32,000 bases of DNA, taken from sequence record OZ374907.1; one strand, 5' to 3'. How positions within the stretch are numbered: position 1 is the stretch's first letter; each line of letters opens with the position of its first letter. The notes below the pieces were generated by a model, which was given only the letters and a program-made list of their open reading frames with translations, was not told the origin of the DNA and did not search any database. The position numbers and the translations under genes are program-made. Shown in pieces: positions 1 through 12,407 of this stretch.

Positions 1-2712
1 TTACCTCCTCCTCGCCCTACTAATAGTGTTGTGAGTTTTATTAAGGGAGTATGTTTTGAACCACTCTTTATTAATTGGCAAAAAGGAGAGGTACGTACGG
101 GTAGATTTGGTCGTGATTATTGGGTAGATTGGCCTCTCATTCGTTCAGAAGAACTTGATGATATTGTTTTAGAGCCAGCCGCATGGTCCGATTTCCGTTT
201 TTTTGGGTGTAATTCTGGCGTAACAGCTTTATTTCGTTTGTTATGTAACCCTATTGCTGTTGAAGCTCATCTCCATCCAACCCTTTTTGTTGCTTGGCTT
301 TCACAATTAGTTTCTTTAGGTGTTTTATTAGGGATTTTAATCCTTAGTATTCACTATTTCTTATCTCCTGATATCACCGGTAATGATGAGGAAAGAGGTC
401 GTTTACACCAGAACCACCCATACTTTGGTTATGATTCAAAATCCTTCCGTAATTTTATTGGTGCTGGTGAATTATTTGAGAAGAATCACCCTACAAATGT
501 AGGTATTCAAGCTATTCGTGCTGAAGATAACGATATTACCTTTATGGATGTTGCCGATACAGTTGATATCTATGGTGACGTCTTTATTGATATTATGAGT
601 TACTTTAATGATCAGCTTGACTTTTATGATGAAGACCTTCACCGTGATAAAAGTTTCTTTTTCATTGGACGTAAAGGAACGGGTAAGAAAACCGCTGCAC
701 AAGCAATTGCTAAAGAAATTAATGGCCCACTCTTTACTGTAAGTGCACGCGAATTTACACGTATTCCACATATAAGTGTTATTGAATGCATCCGCTATAT
801 TTTTGAATTAGCAGATCTGCAATCACCATGTGTAATGTATGTTACAGATTTTGAATATATTGGAATTTCACGTGCTTATACACTTAATAAACGTATTGCA
901 AAAGTGATTAACCCACCTAATGGGCCTGAACTTGATGGTGGTGTTTCTCGTGATGAACTTTATCAATTTGAGCGAGCGGAAGCAAAACGTGCCCCTACAA
1001 CAATCCGTTCTGTAAGTGCTGATGTTGCGCAACAAGAAAAGGTAATTATGACATTATTAATTGAATATGATCTTTTATATAAATATAATTACCCTTTCTT
1101 AATGATTGCTTCATCAACTAAACCTAAGAATTTTGATAACGCATTAATGCGACCCGGTCGATTAGGTCGAATTCTAAGTTTTGGAGTTCTTACGCCGCGT
1201 GGCCGTGCTCGTATTATTAGTGCTAACTGTGGTGGCTTTACTTTCGATACAAATATTGACTGGTATCGTGTAATGGCTGAGACAACCGGGCACTTTGGTC
1301 ATGAGATTGTGAGTATGTGTCAAAAATCTGTTAACAGTGTTCAATCACTCAACAATATTGCGCATACGGAAGGGACACTTGAAGTAGCAGGTCTCCTTAA
1401 AACAATTGCTTTGTATCAAGAGGTTGGAAAGAAATCAGAGGCTGAACAAGTATTAGACTATGAGTTAGATACTACACCCAGCCAAGAAGAAGAAGATCCT
1501 AATAAGATCCCTGACGAGTTCTATTATTTCTTACGAAATTTTGAAAATTCTACTTCACGTCAAAAACGAAATGGAGTAGTAGAGGATACGAATAAATATG
1601 CTCTTGAAACAATGCGAAATGCTTATTATCAAGCAGCACGTTTCTTTGTATTTAAATGGTTAGATGATCCTGTTGATTTCCGAACAATGCGTTTCTTAGA
1701 TCGTCAAATTGAAGAAACAATGGACTATCTTCGTATTAAAAACACGTTTATGCCATGGGGTGAAACAAAACTTGCAATTGGATTAAATTATTTACTTTAT
1801 CTTATTTCTGGTTTAGCGGGGGAAATGTTATTTATGAAAGGACGTTTTCCTATTGGTTTTACCCGCCTTGATCGTGAAACTACTTATCGCAAAAATGATT
1901 TAAAAGCTTTTGATAGTTACATTGATGAATTCTATTTAAATTTCGATACGTTCCGTGAAAATTTTAAGAAAGATCAATCTTTATATTTTCTTTATGCCGA
2001 TGTTCCTCATCATAATTCTGGTTCTGGCTTTAAAAAGTATCAAACAGAAGGATTTCATGAAGTTTCAAAAAGTTTAAAATCTAGTCTCACAAATCACGAT
2101 CCAGCTATTCCACGAGCTAAATTACCTCAAAAGGATGATCCAAGCCTTCGCTTTAATATGCGACGTAATCAATTAGCACGACGTTTAAAATTATGGGATA
2201 ATGCAAATCCATTGCCTGATGCTAATCAATACTATGAAGCTTTTTATCGTGGACCTAAAAGTGGTAAAGAGGTAGAAATGTTAGCCGCTTGGCAATTTGT
2301 GTTCTACCGTCGCGCTGATTTTTGGCAAAATTATACAGGATTAGTTCAAACAGCTTATCCTCAAGGACCTAAAGAAATTACTTGGCGACGTGATAATAGA
2401 ATGCAAGGTTTAGTTGTTGCAACAAGTTTGTTACAAATGGTAAGACCTCTCGTCGATTTTGTTGCCTATGCCTTAGCTCAAGAAGGGGAAATTTCCCATA
2501 GTTTTCTCCGTGGAATTATTGAGCCTGAGTTTGTTTATGAGTTTAATGTAAAAGAGTCTCGTTTTGAAACAGCTTTAACGCAACAAGTAACAGAATCTGT
2601 GCGAATTCAACGAACACCCTACGCCTTTTCTTTTGTTACTGTACAAAAGGTTGCTCCGTTACACCGTACATACCGTATTCGAAAAGTTCAGAAGATTAAA
2701 CCTAAAATTTAA
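1..2712 (+). CDS. ftsH: ftsH/ycf2-like AAA-family protein, 3' part (reading frame is open to the left window edge)
   Basis: Frame 1 has no stop from nt 1, and the ORF track start at 31 is a GTG. There is a TM-like stretch (LFVAWLSQLVSLGVLLGILILSIHYFL). The AAA module reads GRKGTGKKTAAQAIAKEINGPLFTVSAREF ... PCVMYVTDFEYIG ... NFDNALMRPGRLGRIL, colinear with FtsH GPPGTGKT / IIFIDEID / LDPALLRPGRFDR. The C-terminal part resembles a degenerate M41 domain. Confidence 0.75.
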   Translation, partial: LPPPRPTNSVVSFIKGVCFEPLFINWQKGEVRTGRFGRDYWVDWPLIRSEELDDIVLEPAAWSDFRFFGCNSGVTALFRLLCNPIAVEAHLHPTLFVAWLSQLVSLGVLLGILILSIHYFLSPDITGNDEERGRLHQNHPYFGYDSKSFRNFIGAGELFEKNHPTNVGIQAIRAEDNDITFMDVADTVDIYGDVFIDIMSYFNDQLDFYDEDLHRDKSFFFIGRKGTGKKTAAQAIAKEINGPLFTVSAREFTRIPHISVIECIRYIFELADLQSPCVMYVTDFEYIGISRAYTLNKRIAKVINPPNGPELDGGVSRDELYQFERAEAKRAPTTIRSVSADVAQQEKVIMTLLIEYDLLYKYNYPFLMIASSTKPKNFDNALMRPGRLGRILSFGVLTPRGRARIISANCGGFTFDTNIDWYRVMAETTGHFGHEIVSMCQKSVNSVQSLNNIAHTEGTLEVAGLLKTIALYQEVGKKSEAEQVLDYELDTTPSQEEEDPNKIPDEFYYFLRNFENSTSRQKRNGVVEDTNKYALETMRNAYYQAARFFVFKWLDDPVDFRTMRFLDRQIEETMDYLRIKNTFMPWGETKLAIGLNYLLYLISGLAGEMLFMKGRFPIGFTRLDRETTYRKNDLKAFDSYIDEFYLNFDTFRENFKKDQSLYFLYADVPHHNSGSGFKKYQTEGFHEVSKSLKSSLTNHDPAIPRAKLPQKDDPSLRFNMRRNQLARRLKLWDNANPLPDANQYYEAFYRGPKSGKEVEMLAAWQFVFYRRADFWQNYTGLVQTAYPQGPKEITWRRDNRMQGLVVATSLLQMVRPLVDFVAYALAQEGEISHSFLRGIIEPEFVYEFNVKESRFETALTQQVTESVRIQRTPYAFSFVTVQKVAPLHRTYRIRKVQKIKPKI

Positions 2713-2719
2713 AATTAAG

Positions 2720-2741
2720 TGGCCTCAAACTTTTGAGGCCA
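2720..2741 (+). terminator. 3' stem-loop after the ftsH-like ORF (TGGCCTCAAA/TTTGAGGCCA) followed by a T-run
   Basis: 10-nt perfect inverted repeat starting 8 nt after the stop codon, followed by TTTTT. Confidence 0.5.
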
Positions 2742-2932
2742 TTTTTATACTTTAAAGAAAATAGTCATCTATTTGTTTAAACATAGGTCCCATTTTTCTA
2801 AAGGTATTGTCTATCTTTGCCTTTGCAATAACTTATGATTTATTAGCATAAAACTTTTTATAACGTTCATTATTTATTATTAAAACTAGCTTTAATAAAA
2901 TAGTAAATGGCAGTATTTTATTATTCAAAATT

Positions 2933-3006
2933 TCGGGGTAGGGGGATTCGAACCCACGACCTCTGCCTCCCAAAGGCATTGCTCTACCAAGCTGAGCTAT
3001 ACCCCG
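2933..3006 (-). tRNA. trnP: tRNA-Pro(UGG)
   Basis: Cloverleaf on the reverse complement: CGGGGTA acceptor, GTGGG-TTCGAAT-CCCCC T-arm, anticodon loop TTTGGGA. Confidence 0.9.
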
Positions 3007-3036
3007 TTTTTTTTTGATTTCACGTTATTAAGTCCG

Positions 3037-3065
3037 ATATTAGTTGAATTTCATCTTTTTGTCAA
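3037..3065 (-). promoter_or_regulatory. sigma70/PEP-type promoter candidate upstream of trnP: TTGACA-17-TAATAT
   Basis: Minus strand reads TTGACAaaaagatgaaattcaacTAATAT. The -10 box ends about 30 nt upstream of the trnP 5' end. Confidence 0.45.
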
Positions 3066-3186
3066 ACAAAAAAAGATTAATATAGGATTTATTCTTCTTT
3101 AAAAATATAAGCTTTTCAAAGAAACTACTATTAGCCTCAATAGTAGAGTATTGGAAATTTTTGGAGAATAAAACACGCTATCATTT

Positions 3187-3215
3187 TTGAGCGGTTTTCA
3201 TAAAACAATTATAAC
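3187..3215 (+). promoter_or_regulatory. PEP-type promoter candidate for the ribosomal-protein cluster: TTGAGC-17-TATAAC
   Basis: Hexamers with 17-nt spacing, about 43 nt upstream of the rpl23 ATG. Confidence 0.3.
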
Positions 3216-3257
3216 TCCAATTAAAGTATAAACTTTTTAATATTAAAAAGGAACAAC

Positions 3258-3548
3258 ATGGGACAACAAGCAACCGTTGAAGGAATTAAAGGAGTTGTTG
3301 TTACTTTAAAAACTTGTAAATTAGTCGAGCAAAACCGCTGGACTCTTGATGTAGATCCCCAATTAAATAAGACACAAATTCGTCAATTAGTTGAATCTAC
3401 GTTTGGTGTACAAGTTCTTTCTGTTAATACACACATTCCTCCCCGTCGTCGTCGTGCGTTTACACGTGGAGGTGGTTATATTCCACGTTATAAACGCGCA
3501 ATTGTAACACTTCGAAAGGGTGATACGTTAGTTTCTGATTCCGAATAA
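3258..3548 (+). CDS. rpl23: ribosomal protein L23
   Basis: 96-aa ORF. KTQIRQLVESTFGVQVLSVNT motif, and position directly upstream of rpl2. Confidence 0.85.
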   Translation: MGQQATVEGIKGVVVTLKTCKLVEQNRWTLDVDPQLNKTQIRQLVESTFGVQVLSVNTHIPPRRRRAFTRGGGYIPRYKRAIVTLRKGDTLVSDSE

Positions 3549-3590
3549 ATTTATTTTTTCTAAATCAGGATTTTACTGAATTTTCTCGTT

Positions 3591-4421
3591 ATGGCCATTC
3601 GATTTTTTAATCCTTACACACCTGGAAACCGAAACCGATCTGGTTCCGATTTTTCAGAACTTACTCGTAAAGCACCTGAAAAACATTTAGTTAAAGGTCA
3701 AAAACGCAGCCATGGTCGAAACAATCGTGGAGTAATTACGTGCCGTCATAAAGGAGGCGGTCATAAGCGTCTTTATCGCCAGATTGACTTCCGTCGTGGT
3801 CTTGTAGATATTGCTGCTAAGGTAGAGGCCGTTGAATACGACCCTAACCGTACAGCAAATTTAGCATTGCTCCATTATGAAGATGGAACAAAAAGCTATA
3901 TTTTACATCCCCGTGGCGTTGAAATCGGAGATACTCTTATCTCTTGTTTACGCCCACCTATTAAATCTGGTAATGCATTACCACTTGCTAGTGCTCCTCT
4001 AGGTACATTAGTTCATTCTATTGAATTATTCCCTGGACGCGGTGCACAAGTAGCACGATCTGCTGGTTCTGCAGCACAAATTGTTGCTAAAGAAGGAGCA
4101 ACTGTAACTTTACGTTTACCTTCTGGTGAAGTTCGTTTATTCTCTCGTTACTGCTGGTCTACTATTGGTCAGGTTGGTAATGAAGAACGTGCGAATATTC
4201 GTCTTGGAAAAGCAGGTCGTCGTCGCTGGCTTGGAATTCGCCCTCGTGTTCGTGGTGTTGTAATGAACCCATGCGATCACCCTCATGGTGGTGGTGAAGG
4301 TCGTGCTCCTATTGGTCGAAGCCGCCCTGTAACTCCCTGGGGTCAACCCGCCCTTGGAAAACGTACACGTTCCACACGTAAATATAGTGAGAAATTAATT
4401 CTTCGTCGTCGTGGATCTTAA
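3591..4421 (+). CDS. rpl2: ribosomal protein L2
   Basis: 276 aa with conserved [22 protein letters not shown] and [14 protein letters not shown]. No intron. Confidence 0.97.
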   Translation: MAIRFFNPYTPGNRNRSGSDFSELTRKAPEKHLVKGQKRSHGRNNRGVITCRHKGGGHKRLYRQIDFRRGLVDIAAKVEAVEYDPNRTANLALLHYEDGTKSYILHPRGVEIGDTLISCLRPPIKSGNALPLASAPLGTLVHSIELFPGRGAQVARSAGSAAQIVAKEGATVTLRLPSGEVRLFSRYCWSTIGQVGNEERANIRLGKAGRRRWLGIRPRVRGVVMNPCDHPHGGGEGRAPIGRSRPVTPWGQPALGKRTRSTRKYSEKLILRRRGS

Positions 4422-4451
4422 TATTTTATGAAGCAAAAGTAGTTTATTTCT

Positions 4452-4730
4452 ATGCCTCGATCTTTATCAAAAGGACCTTTTGTTTCTTTTAAACTTCTTC
4501 GAACTTTGGAGAATTTAAATACAGAAGGTAAAAAGCAAGTTATTCGTACTTGGTCTCGCTCTTCAACTATTGTTCCTATTATGATTGGCCATACTGTTGC
4601 TGTACATAATGGTCGTACTCACGTGCCTGTTTTCATTACAGATCAAATGGTTGGTCATAAACTTGGTGAATTTGCCCCAACACGCACATTCCGAAGTCAC
4701 ATGAAAAAGGACAAAAAAGCAAAACGTTAA
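4452..4730 (+). CDS. rps19: ribosomal protein S19
   Basis: 92 aa: [11 protein letters not shown] ... [19 protein letters not shown]. Confidence 0.97.
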   Translation: MPRSLSKGPFVSFKLLRTLENLNTEGKKQVIRTWSRSSTIVPIMIGHTVAVHNGRTHVPVFITDQMVGHKLGEFAPTRTFRSHMKKDKKAKR

Positions 4731-4754
4731 ATATTACTATAAAAGAAAACGTCT

Positions 4755-5609
4755 ATGGGACAAAAAGTTAATCCATTCGGTTTTCGTCTTGGATATTCCC
4801 AGCAACACCGTTCTGACTGGTTTGCATCTTCTCAGGATTATGCAAAAAAACTTCAAGAAGATTTACTTGTTCGTAACTTTTTAACACGTGAATTTCCTGA
4901 TACAGAAAGTGGTATTTCTGCGGTTTATACAAAACGTAAAGGTCAACTATTATCTCTTGAAATTCATACTGCACGCCCTCGTGTTCTTCTTGGCTCTGGC
5001 CAAGAAACGCAGGAAGCTGAAAACCGCACATCCGGTCTTGTTCAAGTTCGTCGTGATTTAGAAAAACTTCTTCCTAATCAAATCCCTTTAAGTTTACGTT
5101 TGGTAGAAGAAACACAACCTGATTCTAGTACATCACTTTTAGCTGCTTCTTTAGCACACCAACTTGAAAAACGAGTAGCTTTCCGTCGTGCTTTAAAGCA
5201 AACTATTAAACGAGCACAAAGTGCACGTGGGGTCCTTGGGATCAAAGTTCAAGTTTCTGGTCGTTTAAATGGTGCTGAAATTGCTCGTAGTGAATGGGTA
5301 CGTGAAGGTCGTGTTCCTTTACATACTTTACGAGCAGAAGTAGATTATGCAAGTCATACAGCAAAAACGCTCTATGGTATTTTAGGTATTAAAATTTGGC
5401 TTTATAAAGAAAGTCAAGGTTTTTATCAAAAAACTCGATTAACAAAGCGTCGTCAAACAGATGAGGTTGACGGTTTTGAATTACCAGTTGAGAGTACTAT
5501 TCAAATGGAGAATAATGAAGAAAAGAACTTTACTATTCCTGTTTTATTACCTCGTCCTACACCCCCTAACCGTGTAGAAAATATTAGTTCTACAGAAACT
5601 AATGTTTAA
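4755..5609 (+). CDS. rps3: ribosomal protein S3 (with internal/C-terminal extensions)
   Basis: MGQKVNPFGFRLG N-terminus and GIKVQVSGRLNGAEIARSEWVREGRVPLHTLRA core. About 65 extra C-terminal residues. Confidence 0.93.
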   Translation: MGQKVNPFGFRLGYSQQHRSDWFASSQDYAKKLQEDLLVRNFLTREFPDTESGISAVYTKRKGQLLSLEIHTARPRVLLGSGQETQEAENRTSGLVQVRRDLEKLLPNQIPLSLRLVEETQPDSSTSLLAASLAHQLEKRVAFRRALKQTIKRAQSARGVLGIKVQVSGRLNGAEIARSEWVREGRVPLHTLRAEVDYASHTAKTLYGILGIKIWLYKESQGFYQKTRLTKRRQTDEVDGFELPVESTIQMENNEEKNFTIPVLLPRPTPPNRVENISSTETNV

Positions 5610-5632
5610 TTATTAATTAAATTACTCAGTTT

Positions 5633-6052
5633 ATGTTAAGTCCTAAACGTACAAAATTTCGACGATACCATCGTGGGCGAATGCGTGGGCGTACATTACG
5701 TGGAAATGAACCTATCTTCGGTAATTATGCCCTTCGTGCAACAGAATGCTCTTGGGTAACATCACGCCAATTAGAAGCTGGTCGACGTACTATTACACGT
5801 TATGTACGACGTGGAGGTAAACTTTGGATTCGTGTTTTTCCAGATAAACCTATTACAATGCGACCTGCTGAAACACGTATGGGTTCTGGTAAAGGTGCTC
5901 CTGAATATTGGGTTGCCGTTGTTCGACCTGGTCGAATTATTTATGAAATTGATGGTGTACCTGAAAGTATTGCGCGTGCCGCAATGCGCCTTGCAGCGTA
6001 TAAAATGCCAATGAAAACTCAATTTGTGAGTCGGACTACGTCCGCAGCATAA
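5633..6052 (+). CDS. rpl16: ribosomal protein L16
   Basis: [19 protein letters not shown] ... [21 protein letters not shown]. Confidence 0.97.
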   Translation: MLSPKRTKFRRYHRGRMRGRTLRGNEPIFGNYALRATECSWVTSRQLEAGRRTITRYVRRGGKLWIRVFPDKPITMRPAETRMGSGKGAPEYWVAVVRPGRIIYEIDGVPESIARAAMRLAAYKMPMKTQFVSRTTSAA

Positions 6053-6084
6053 GAGGATATTTCTTCTAATAAAAAATAAGGACT

Positions 6085-6453
6085 ATGATTCAGGCTCAAA
6101 CATATTTAACAGTTGCTGATAATAGTGGTGCACGAAAACTAATGTGTATTCGAGTTTTAGGTACCAATCGCCCCCATTATGCTGGTGTTGGAGATATTAT
6201 TATTGCAGTAGTAAAAGAGGCTCTTCCTAATATGCCTCTTAAAAAATCTGATATTGTACGTGCAGTTGTTGTACGTACGAAAAAACCTATTCAACGTGAA
6301 GATGGTATGACTCTTCGCTTTGATGAGAATGCAGCGGTTGTACTTAATGCAGCTGATTCGCCTCGCGGTACACGTGTTTTTGGACCTATTGCACGTGAAC
6401 TCCGCGATAAGAATTTTGGAAAAATTGTTTCTCTTGCTCCCGAAGTAATTTAA
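6085..6453 (+). CDS. rpl14: ribosomal protein L14
   Basis: [26 protein letters not shown], 122 aa. Confidence 0.97.
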   Translation: MIQAQTYLTVADNSGARKLMCIRVLGTNRPHYAGVGDIIIAVVKEALPNMPLKKSDIVRAVVVRTKKPIQREDGMTLRFDENAAVVLNAADSPRGTRVFGPIARELRDKNFGKIVSLAPEVI

Positions 6454-6496
6454 AACATTTTTTTGTTTTCTTAAGTTTGTTATAAAAAAATTTCTG

Positions 6497-7042
6497 ATGA
6501 CACAACGTTTAAAGAAACAATATCTTGAATCAATCCGTCCAGCTTTGATAAAAGAATTCAACTATAAAAATATCCACCAAGTACCTAAATTAACAAAGGT
6601 TGTATTAAATCGTGGAATGGGTGAAGCTACGCAAAACCCTCGTTCTATGGATACTTCATTACATGAAGTATCCGTAATTGCTGGACAAAAAGGTGTTGTT
6701 ACTAAATCCCGTCAATCTATTGCTAGTTTCAAACTACGTGATGAAATGCCTATTGGAATTTCTGTAACATTACGTGGTGAACGAATGTATAGTTTTTTAG
6801 ATCGTCTGATTAATTTAGCTTTACCTCGTATTCGTGATTTCCAAGGAATTAATCCTACAAGTTTTGATGGACGTGGAAATTATACACTTGGTCTTGAAGA
6901 ACAATTAATGTTCCCTGAAATTGAATATGACAAAATTGATCGTATTCGTGGAATGGATATTTCAATTGTTACTAGTACTTCAACAGATCAAGAGGGGCTC
7001 GCTTTATTAAAAGCTTTTGGAATGCCTTTTAAAAACCAATAA
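6497..7042 (+). CDS. rpl5: ribosomal protein L5
   Basis: 181 aa. [13 protein letters not shown] ... [21 protein letters not shown]. Syntenic position after rpl14. Confidence 0.93.
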   Translation: MTQRLKKQYLESIRPALIKEFNYKNIHQVPKLTKVVLNRGMGEATQNPRSMDTSLHEVSVIAGQKGVVTKSRQSIASFKLRDEMPIGISVTLRGERMYSFLDRLINLALPRIRDFQGINPTSFDGRGNYTLGLEEQLMFPEIEYDKIDRIRGMDISIVTSTSTDQEGLALLKAFGMPFKNQ

Positions 7043-7065
7043 AAAATATTTAGATTAAATTTTTT

Positions 7066-7503
7066 ATGCAAAATGATAGTTTAGCAGATGCTTTAACGCG
7101 TATCCGTAACGCAATCGCTGCTGGGCATACTCAAACGAAATTGCGATTTAGTAAAAAGATTTATAATCTTACTCAAGTATTAGTTACAGAAAAACTTGTA
7201 ACTTCAACACAAGAAATGTGGGAAGACGGCCAACATTTTATTCTTGTTGATTTACTTGATTTAAATGGAAACGCGCGTATTCAACACTTGGAAGTGGTAA
7301 GCCGTCCAGGTCGTCGTGTATACGTTAACAAAAAGAGTATCCCCCGTGTTCTTGGAGGTGTAGGAATTGCTATTATTTCTACCCCTAAAGGAATTTTATC
7401 TAGTCGTGTTCTTCAAAAAGGGATTTCTACCAATCAAACTAATGAAAACCCTTCTACAGGAGTACAGCGAATGGGAGGTGAATTGCTTTGTTACGTTTGG
7501 TAA
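7066..7503 (+). CDS. rps8: ribosomal protein S8
   Basis: DSLADALTRIRNA N-terminus and GGELLCYVW C-terminus. Confidence 0.93.
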   Translation: MQNDSLADALTRIRNAIAAGHTQTKLRFSKKIYNLTQVLVTEKLVTSTQEMWEDGQHFILVDLLDLNGNARIQHLEVVSRPGRRVYVNKKSIPRVLGGVGIAIISTPKGILSSRVLQKGISTNQTNENPSTGVQRMGGELLCYVW

Positions 7504-7545
7504 TTCCTTATTATAACGTAATCTCCCAACGATCGTTTGGTATTT

Positions 7546-7803
7546 ATGGTAGTAAATAAAAAGGAGAAAGAAGATGCAATTGAGGTAGAAGGTGTAGTCG
7601 TGAACTGTTTACCCGATCTGAGATTTGAAGTAGAACTAGAAAATGGTTTTTCTGTTCTTGCATATGTCTCAGGCCGAACACGCCGAAACCATATTAAAAT
7701 TTTATTAGGTGACAAAGTTGTTGTTGCACTGAGTCCCTATGATTTAACTCGAGGACGTATTACTTACCGTCATCGCTCTTCACCTCGTGTTAAAGTGCAA
7801 TAA
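7546..7803 (+). CDS. infA: translation initiation factor IF-1
   Basis: [64 protein letters not shown]. The track ORF starts at a TTG (7537), and I place the start at the in-frame ATG at 7546. Confidence 0.9.
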   Translation: MVVNKKEKEDAIEVEGVVVNCLPDLRFEVELENGFSVLAYVSGRTRRNHIKILLGDKVVVALSPYDLTRGRITYRHRSSPRVKVQ

Positions 7804-7813
7804 AAAAGATATT

Positions 7814-7927
7814 ATGAAAGTAAGAAGTTCTGTAAAAAAAATGTGTGAACAATGTCGTGTGATCCGTCGACGTGGTAAGGTTTTAATTATTTGTTCAAAC
7901 CCTAAGCACAAGCAACGACAAGGTTAA
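7814..7927 (+). CDS. rpl36: ribosomal protein L36 (37 aa, below the ORF-track size cut-off)
   Basis: Manual translation [37 protein letters not shown]. Canonical L36 sequence and position between infA and rps11. Confidence 0.93.
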   Translation: MKVRSSVKKMCEQCRVIRRRGKVLIICSNPKHKQRQG

Positions 7928-7945
7928 AAACTTAAAAACTAAATT

Positions 7946-8332
7946 ATGGTGAAACAAGTACGTAAAGCAAAAAATGTACGCCGACGTTTACCTCGTGGAG
8001 TTGTACATATTTATGCTAGTTTTAATAATACAATTGTGAATGTAACTGATTCCAATGGTAATGTTGTTGCTTGGTCCTCTGCAGGAGCCTGTGGTTTTAA
8101 AGGTGCAAAACGTGGTACACCTTTTGCCGCTCAAATGGCTTCCCAAGAAGTAGTTCAAAAGTGCCTTGAAATGGGCATGAAACGTATTGAAGTAGTCCTT
8201 CGTGGCCCTGGAGCTGGTCGTGATACTTCTGTTCGTGCATTACAAGCCGGTGGATTAGCAATTACATTATTACGAGATACAACTGCGTTACCTCATAATG
8301 GGTGTCGACCCCCCAAAAATCGACGCGTTTAA
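7946..8332 (+). CDS. rps11: ribosomal protein S11
   Basis: [44 protein letters not shown], 128 aa. Confidence 0.97.
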   Translation: MVKQVRKAKNVRRRLPRGVVHIYASFNNTIVNVTDSNGNVVAWSSAGACGFKGAKRGTPFAAQMASQEVVQKCLEMGMKRIEVVLRGPGAGRDTSVRALQAGGLAITLLRDTTALPHNGCRPPKNRRV

Positions 8333-8340
8333 TAAAAATA

Positions 8341-8383
8341 TAGGGAGTTCAAAGATTATATTTATATCAATCTGAACTCCCTA
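8341..8383 (+). other. stem-loop in the rps11-rpoA spacer
   Basis: TAGGGAGTTCA (8341-8351) pairs with TGAACTCCCTA (8373-8383). A further GATT/AATC pairing follows a 2-nt bulge. Confidence 0.5.
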
Positions 8384-8401
8384 TTTATCATATCTATTAC
8401 C

Positions 8402-9268
8402 ATGTGTGCCAATTCTACAACTTTTCGTTGTGAAAAACTGACAGTACATTCTAAAAATGAATATCAGGGGACACTTGATATTTCGTGTCTACCTAGTCAT
8501 CAACCTCTTCTATTTTCAAACTTTCTTAGACGAGTTATATTTAGTGAGTGTCCTCAATTAGGTTTACGAGTTGGGTTTTGTGGAACATGGGGAACTGATT
8601 TCTTATCTCAAACAACACTTGTTGATTTTGTTTATTCAAATTTTTTCTTCAAAAAACGAAACATTTTTGCGCAAAAAAGTTTAGGCGAATTGGGTTTTGT
8701 GGCTGGGAATGATGTTTTTAATTTAACAAAAAAAATTAACCAGCTTCCCCTTATTTATGACCACCTTGCTGAAAACTTTACAAATAAGACAATTCGTCTT
8801 TGTGTCCAGGGTCCAGGTCAAATTCGTGCAGCGCAACTTCATTTTCCTCCTGGTCTTTCATGTTTAACACCAAATACTGTACTAGGTGAAATTTCTGATT
8901 CATCTATTTTGGAAATTCACTTCCTATTACAAGTTACACCAGCTTCCATTTCGACTTGGAATGCTTATCATATTGGGTACAAAGCTTTAGAAACAGGACA
9001 AAATCGAGCTAAAGGGACTAATCAGCTTAATTTATGGGGTGAAACTCTGTATGAAACAGAAATTTTTCCTACTGATACACGAAAGGCTTACTATCGTGGA
9101 ATTAGTTTAGCTATTCATGACTCAAAACAAATTAAATTAAATTTTGTTGGTAGCCTAAATAACGATTTTAACCAGCGTTTACCGCGTTCTATGAAACGGT
9201 TAGCAATAACATTAAGTAAACTAAAAGACCAATCTATTTCAAATCCATTATTAGTCACACGTCAATAA
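8402..9268 (+). CDS. rpoA: RNA polymerase alpha subunit, highly divergent, apparently N-terminal domain only
   Basis: Syntenic position after rps11. FSNFLRRVIFSECPQ resembles the GNALRR(I/L)LLS motif. QGPGQIRAAQLHFPPGLSCLTPNTVLGEISDSSILEIHF resembles the GPG..TA.DI....VEI.NP...I..L motif of alpha NTD. 288 aa. Confidence 0.65.
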   Translation: MCANSTTFRCEKLTVHSKNEYQGTLDISCLPSHQPLLFSNFLRRVIFSECPQLGLRVGFCGTWGTDFLSQTTLVDFVYSNFFFKKRNIFAQKSLGELGFVAGNDVFNLTKKINQLPLIYDHLAENFTNKTIRLCVQGPGQIRAAQLHFPPGLSCLTPNTVLGEISDSSILEIHFLLQVTPASISTWNAYHIGYKALETGQNRAKGTNQLNLWGETLYETEIFPTDTRKAYYRGISLAIHDSKQIKLNFVGSLNNDFNQRLPRSMKRLAITLSKLKDQSISNPLLVTRQ

Positions 9269-9398
9269 AAACGTTTAGTTTTTCCAAGTAGTGATAGTTT
9301 ATTTAGAAAGAAATAGGGTATACTATAAAGAACGAGGATGGTTCTATGTGTGTTAATACTAAGTATTGAATTAACTCTGTAGATCCAGACTCTCATAA

Positions 9399-11847
<2,449 letters not shown>

Positions 11848-11866
11848 TTTAGTCAAATTGACGTTT

Positions 11867-11885
11867 CCCCCTCACTACGAGGGGG
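11867..11885 (+). terminator. psbC 3' stem-loop CCCCCTC/GAGGGGG
   Basis: 7-bp G/C stem with 5-nt loop, 20 nt after the psbC stop, followed by TTTCTTTTTTT. Confidence 0.55.
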
Positions 11886-12011
11886 TTTCTTTTTTTCTTC
11901 TTATTAGTGTAAATTATCTTTTTTAATTGGTTTATTTTTATAAAAAATTAAATTATTATAATAGTAAAAATGGATTCCTACCTTAGTTTTTTTAAGATAG
12001 GAACCTATTTG

Positions 12012-12395
12012 TTAAATTTGGGAACCACGAGGGTTTTTCGCAGTAGGACGTGTTGTTACACGAGCAGCTTTACCCGCGCGTTCACGTAAATAATATAATT
12101 TAGCGCGACGAACTTTACCACGGCTTACAACTTCAATAGAAGCTGTTCGGGGTGAACGTAAAAGAATTGTTCGTTCAATACCAATTCCTTGGAAAGTCTT
12201 TCGAACAACAATACTATCTTGAAGGCCACGTGGTTTGCAAGCCACAATAGTTCCTTGATAAGCTTGTACTCGTTCTTTGTTTCCTTCTCGAATTCGAATT
12301 CCAATTTTGACCATGTCCCCTACCCCTAAACGGGGTAAGGGTTGAAAATCGACATTCGATCGTTCCGCTAATTTTAGAAAACGATCAAATTTCAT
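12012..12395 (-). CDS. rpl19: ribosomal protein L19
   Basis: GDMVKIGIRIREGNKERVQAYQGTIVA ... RRAKLYYLRERAGKAARV, 127 aa. Confidence 0.93.
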   Translation of the reverse strand: MKFDRFLKLAERSNVDFQPLPRLGVGDMVKIGIRIREGNKERVQAYQGTIVACKPRGLQDSIVVRKTFQGIGIERTILLRSPRTASIEVVSRGKVRRAKLYYLRERAGKAARVTTRPTAKNPRGSQI

Positions 12396-12407
12396 TTTTA
12401 ATTATTT

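Noticed and set aside
472-771. 99-aa ORF antisense within the ftsH-like gene, plus other small antisense ORFs in r-protein genes and tufA (4137-4346, 4768-5031, 5771-6022, 6157-6561, 12477-13727).
   Set aside because: They are nested in well-supported genes on the opposite strand or in another frame, with no motifs. They are typical background ORFs.
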